Origin: Candidatus Hydrogenedentota bacterium
GTDB lineage: Bacteria > Hydrogenedentota > Hydrogenedentia > Hydrogenedentales > SLHB01
Direction: 5' to 3'
Assembly: GCA_045863335.1 (NCBI GenBank)
Contig: BTVY01000001.1
Coordinates: forward strand, 200,671-264,670
DNA length: 64,000 nucleotides
Of the stretch, positions 60,036 to 64,000 are shown one piece after another (positions within the stretch are counted from its first letter, which is position 1; every line of letters starts with the position of its first letter). Under the pieces are notes generated by a model, which did not search any database, had not been told where the DNA came from, and worked only from the letters and a program-made list of their open reading frames with translations. The position numbers and the translations under genes were made by a program.

Positions 60036-60647
60036 ATGGAGTTTGCTGTGATCCAACTGAAGATGGAACGAACATCGGATGGGGAGCTTCCCCGGATTCC
60101 CCTGCCAGAAGGCTACTCGCTGCGAACGTATCGGCCGGGGGATGAGCACGCACTGGCCCGCATCTATGAGTATTCAGACCTGGGAAGCGCGACGCCGGAG
60201 TCCTTGCGCAAGAATATCCTGAGCCATCCCTGTTTCCGCCCGGAACGCATTCTAGTCCTGGAGCACGAGGGTCAAGTCGTGGGTACCTCGGCGGCTTGGG
60301 TGGAGCCATCCGACCCGGGCGCGGGGTATCTTCACATGGTGGGCGTACTGCCGGAACACCAGGGGAAGCGCCTCGGCAAACTCCTGACCCTGGAAGCCAT
60401 GCGGCTTAGCCAGCAAGAGGGATTCAGTACCCTCCGGCTGGTGACGGATGACTGGCGTTTGGCGGCGATTCGCGTCTATCTCGGCCTCGGGTATGTCCCG
60501 CTCCTCGTGCACCCCACGCACCGGTCCCGTTGGGAACTAATCGGTCACCGACTGGACCATCCCGGAATTCTCAATGACGCGCGTGAAGCCCTTCCGCAGG
60601 CATCGCCGGGAATCCTGAAGCGTTTGTTCCAAGCGTTCGGATTCTGA
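60036..60647 (+). CDS. GNAT family N-acetyltransferase
   Basis: [11 protein letters not shown] motif A; [10 protein letters not shown]; start uncertain (59889, 60036 or 60048). Confidence 0.8.
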   Translation: MEFAVIQLKMERTSDGELPRIPLPEGYSLRTYRPGDEHALARIYEYSDLGSATPESLRKNILSHPCFRPERILVLEHEGQVVGTSAAWVEPSDPGAGYLHMVGVLPEHQGKRLGKLLTLEAMRLSQQEGFSTLRLVTDDWRLAAIRVYLGLGYVPLLVHPTHRSRWELIGHRLDHPGILNDAREALPQASPGILKRLFQAFGF

Positions 60648-60727
60648 TATTCTCTAGCTCCTGTTCCGTGGAGATGAAGGCTTCCCACCCTTGTGCGCAA
60701 TCAACTGTGAGTAGAACGTCGAGAATC

Positions 60728-62605
60728 ATGAGCCGGGATTTTGATGTCATAGTCGTTGGCGCCGGTCACGCCGGTATCGAGGCCGCACTTGCCTGCGCCC
60801 GCAGCGGTTTGCGCACCGCCATGACCACGATGGATGTCAACACCATCGGCAAGATGAGCTGCAACCCAGCCATCGGCGGTATCGCCAAGGGACAGGTCGT
60901 TCGCGAAGTTGACGCACTCGGCGGCGAAATGGGCCGCTGCATCGACCGTACCGGCATTCAGTACAAAATGCTCAACCAGTCCAAGGGTCCCGCCGTCCAT
61001 TCCCCGCGCGCCCAAGCCGACCGCGAAGCCTACCAGAAGGACATGCAGCGCGTCTGCGAGTCGCAGGACGGATTGACGTTGTATCCTGCGTTGATCGAGG
61101 ACTTCATTGTCACGAATGGCGCGATTGCCGGGGTGATTACGGCGGACAACGAAGAAATCGCGGCGCGGGCGGTGATTGTATGCACGGGCACGTTCCTCGG
61201 CGCCAAGCTCCACTACGGCATGCGAGACGTCCCCGGCGGCCGCAGCGGCGAGATCCCCGCGCAGGCCCTCTCGGGTGCGTATCGCCGTCTCGGCTTTCAG
61301 ATCAACCGCCAGAAGACCGGCACCTGTCCCCGGCTCCATTGCGACACCATCGACTATGACGTGATGGAAGTACAGCCGGGCGATGAGCGGCCTCGCCCAT
61401 TCTCGTTCTCCACGCCCATCGAAGGGTTCGATCCTAACAAGGTGCTCTGCTGGCTGACTTCGACCAACGAGGAGACCCACAAGGTCATCCATGCCAACCT
61501 CGATCGCTCCCCCATGTTCACGGGAAAGATCGGCGCGACCGGCACGCGCTATTGCCCAAGCATCGAAGACAAGGTCTTCCGCTTTGCCGACAAGAATCAG
61601 CACCGGATCTTTCTCGAACCCGAGGGGTTGAACACGCCGGAAGTCTACGTCAACGGCCTGTCCACAAGCCTTCCCGAAGACGTCCAGTTGGCCATGCTCA
61701 AGACCATCCCGGGACTTGACCGCGCGGAGATGGTGCGGCCCGGGTACGCGGTGGAGTACGACTTCGTCCAGCCCACGGAACTCAAGCCGACGCTGGAGAC
61801 CAAGCGTGTGCGCGGGCTCTTCCACGCGGGACAGATCAACGGCACCTCCGGCTATGAAGAGGCCGCGGGCCAGGGGATTTTCGCCGCGCTCAATGCAATT
61901 CGCTACGTGCGCGGCGAGGAACCGCTGTACCTCTCCCGAAGCGAGGCCTACATCGGCGTGCTCGTCGACGACCTGGTCACGCGCGGCGTGTTGGAACCCT
62001 ATCGGCTCTTTACGTCTCGGGCGGAGTATCGCCTCCTGCTGCGTCACGACAATGCGGACGCGCGTCTCGCGAAGTACGGCATCGCCGGTGACGCGTTCAT
62101 CGAAAGGGTACGGGACAAGCAGGACCGTGTACACGGCGAAATTCTGCGTTTACGCTCTACCGTTGTCTCGCCGAACAAGACCATCCAGGAGATGCTCGCC
62201 GCACGCGGCGGGAGCCTTATGGCCGAACCGCAACCTGCTTCACGCCTCCTGAGCCGTCCCGAACTGCGAATCGAAGATGTCTGGACGATCTGCCCGCCTG
62301 CGGCGCCGCTTGCGTTCGAGGAGGCGGAGCAAATCGAAATCCAGATCAAATACCACGGTTATATCGAACGCCAGGAACGCGACATTGCGCGGTTCCGTAG
62401 CGCCGAAATGCACCCCATCCCTGATGACTTCGACTATATGGCTATTGCCGGCATGCCCGTCGAAAGCAAGGAGCGCTTGCAGCAGATCCGCCCCGTGAAC
62501 TTCGGGCAGGCCGGTCGCGTGCCCGGCGTGCGCGCCTCCGATATCGCCGCCCTGCACATTCATATGGAGAAGCTGGCTCGCGCCGCGGCCCAGCGGACCG
62601 CGTGA
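60728..62605 (+). CDS. mnmG: tRNA uridine-5-carboxymethylaminomethyl synthesis enzyme MnmG/GidA
   Basis: [50 protein letters not shown]. Confidence 0.97.
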   Translation: MSRDFDVIVVGAGHAGIEAALACARSGLRTAMTTMDVNTIGKMSCNPAIGGIAKGQVVREVDALGGEMGRCIDRTGIQYKMLNQSKGPAVHSPRAQADREAYQKDMQRVCESQDGLTLYPALIEDFIVTNGAIAGVITADNEEIAARAVIVCTGTFLGAKLHYGMRDVPGGRSGEIPAQALSGAYRRLGFQINRQKTGTCPRLHCDTIDYDVMEVQPGDERPRPFSFSTPIEGFDPNKVLCWLTSTNEETHKVIHANLDRSPMFTGKIGATGTRYCPSIEDKVFRFADKNQHRIFLEPEGLNTPEVYVNGLSTSLPEDVQLAMLKTIPGLDRAEMVRPGYAVEYDFVQPTELKPTLETKRVRGLFHAGQINGTSGYEEAAGQGIFAALNAIRYVRGEEPLYLSRSEAYIGVLVDDLVTRGVLEPYRLFTSRAEYRLLLRHDNADARLAKYGIAGDAFIERVRDKQDRVHGEILRLRSTVVSPNKTIQEMLAARGGSLMAEPQPASRLLSRPELRIEDVWTICPPAAPLAFEEAEQIEIQIKYHGYIERQERDIARFRSAEMHPIPDDFDYMAIAGMPVESKERLQQIRPVNFGQAGRVPGVRASDIAALHIHMEKLARAAAQRTA

Positions 62606-62606
62606 C

Positions 62607-63644
62607 ATGGCCGGCGATTCTCCGGTCGATCTTCGTAGCGACACCGTCACCCGCCCCACGCCCGGGATCCGCGAAGCCATGGCCAGGGCCGAGGTCGGCG
62701 ACGACGTTTTCGGCGAAGACCCGACGGTCAACGCGCTTCAGGAACGCGCCGCGGGAATCCTCGGGAAAGAGGCCGCGCTGTTTGTGCCTTCAGGAACGAT
62801 GGCCAACTTGCTGGCCGTCGTTTCGCAGACACAACCCGGCGACACCGTCATCCTTCATGCCGACTCCCATCCCTTTAACTACGAATCCGGCGGGCTCGGG
62901 AAAGTCGCAGGCGTAATGACCAAGACGCTGGGCGGCGCGCGAGGCATACTGGACCCGGATGAGGTCGCCTCGGCGGTTGTGCTGAGCGACGATCATCATT
63001 TCTCCCATACGACGCTCGTCAGCATCGAAAACACGACCAACCGCGGCGGCGGCGCATGGTATCCCCTGGAAATAATCGAGTCGATCGGACGCGTCGCCAC
63101 GAGCAACGGCATCCAGCTTCATTGCGATGGCGCGCGTTTGTTCAACGCAGTCGTGGCAACCGGCATACCCGCCCGCGATTACGTGGCCCCCTGCAACACG
63201 GTGAGCTGCTGTTTTTCAAAAGGCCTGGGCGCCCCCGTGGGCTCCGTGTTAGCCGGCAGCCGTGAAACGATTCGTCGCGCCCACCGCTATCGGAAGATGC
63301 TCGGCGGCGGGATGCGTCAGGCGGGCGTTATCGCGGCGGCAGCGCTATACGCGCTGGAACACCACATTGAGTGGCTTGCGGAAGATCATCGCCGGGCGCA
63401 AGGTTTTCGAGCCGCCCTGGAAGGCACACGCGGGTTTACCTTCCCCATGGACTCGCCCACCAACATCGTCTACCTCGACGTCCCCGACGCGTATGCGCTC
63501 ATCGGCGAAGTCGCGTCACGCGGCGTCTTCGCGCTCCCCGTAAGCCCGACCCGGATCCGCGCCGTATTCCATCTCGACATCGACGACCAGGGATTGGCGC
63601 GCGCCATTGACGCCTTCTCAGCCGCGGCCAAATCAGCCGGATAG
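62607..63644 (+). CDS. ltaE: Low-specificity L-threonine aldolase
   Basis: DLRSDTVT, SGTMAN, HCDGAR, SKGLGAPVGS, GGGMRQAG. Confidence 0.93.
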   Translation: MAGDSPVDLRSDTVTRPTPGIREAMARAEVGDDVFGEDPTVNALQERAAGILGKEAALFVPSGTMANLLAVVSQTQPGDTVILHADSHPFNYESGGLGKVAGVMTKTLGGARGILDPDEVASAVVLSDDHHFSHTTLVSIENTTNRGGGAWYPLEIIESIGRVATSNGIQLHCDGARLFNAVVATGIPARDYVAPCNTVSCCFSKGLGAPVGSVLAGSRETIRRAHRYRKMLGGGMRQAGVIAAAALYALEHHIEWLAEDHRRAQGFRAALEGTRGFTFPMDSPTNIVYLDVPDAYALIGEVASRGVFALPVSPTRIRAVFHLDIDDQGLARAIDAFSAAAKSAG

Positions 63645-63691
63645 TGCTTCGCCCGCGAGCCCGCTACGAGCGACATGGACGCGTATTCTCT

Positions 63692-63710
63692 AGTCCATAT
63701 CGTCCATATA
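63692..63710. repeat. Short 9-bp repeat remnant (ATGGACNNN family, minus orientation)
   Basis: Reverse complement TATATGGACGATATGGACT; facing unit ATGGAC at 63675. Confidence 0.5.
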
Positions 63711-63736
63711 GACTCTCGGGTTTTACCAATACCCCC

Positions 63737-64000
63737 CTAACCGAAATCCGGCTCCCCCAACAACTCCCGGATCTTCGCAATCAGATCCGACGGCCGGTAC
63801 GGCTTCTGAATAAACCCTGAAAGACCCTTGCCGTTGAAGTGCCCTGTCGCATCCTGCTCGTTATACCCACTGGAAAGGATCACAGGAATGTCTTTCGAAA
63901 TCTGCCGGATTCTGCGATACGCCTCTTCGCCGCCCATTCGGGGCATGGTCACATCGAGCAGGACCAGACGCACCGCATCGCCGTGTTTCGCAAGGAGGTC
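63737..64000 (-). CDS. C-terminal receiver domain, likely of a hybrid histidine kinase (partial)
   Basis: Frame open to window edge; LVLLDVTMP, ILSSGY, FIQKPY. Confidence 0.85.
   Translation of the reverse strand, partial: DLLAKHGDAVRLVLLDVTMPRMGGEEAYRRIRQISKDIPVILSSGYNEQDATGHFNGKGLSGFIQKPYRPSDLIAKIRELLGEPDFG

Noticed and set aside
1-64000. tRNA, rRNA, integrase or transposase genes
   Set aside because: None recognised by eye; a tRNAscan/Rfam/ISEScan run would be needed to exclude them formally.

Overview
GC-rich bacterial window. The many Tat-exported Gfo/Idh/MocA oxidoreductases, sulfatases, HEAT-repeat and H-X9-DG proteins suggest a Hydrogenedentota/PVC-like organism (inference). The left 14 kb is the 5' part of a minus-strand hybrid PKS-NRPS cluster. 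A 2514-aa FAAL-ACP-KS-AT-KR-ACP-sulfotransferase protein has the olefin synthase (Ols/CurM) layout but lacks the terminal thioesterase and ends in an acidic docking tail. It overlaps by ATGA a >=2126-codon NRPS (docking domain-C-A-T-C-A-T) that runs off the window and is missing from the ORF track. This points to an assembly line for a sulfated, or sulfate-activated, lipopeptide. The rest is a mosaic of metabolic and housekeeping genes (prpD, budA, tspO, ndh, serC, mnmG, ltaE, sulfatases, GH28, a beta-lactamase-like/PL11-like fusion, an AGMO-like desaturase). Intergenic spaces hold several palindromic REP/MITE-like elements and 6-, 7- and 9-bp tandem repeats; one 9-mer array encodes a signal-peptide core. 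I saw no rRNA, tRNA, CRISPR array or transposase. All domain calls come from motifs read by eye, not database searches.
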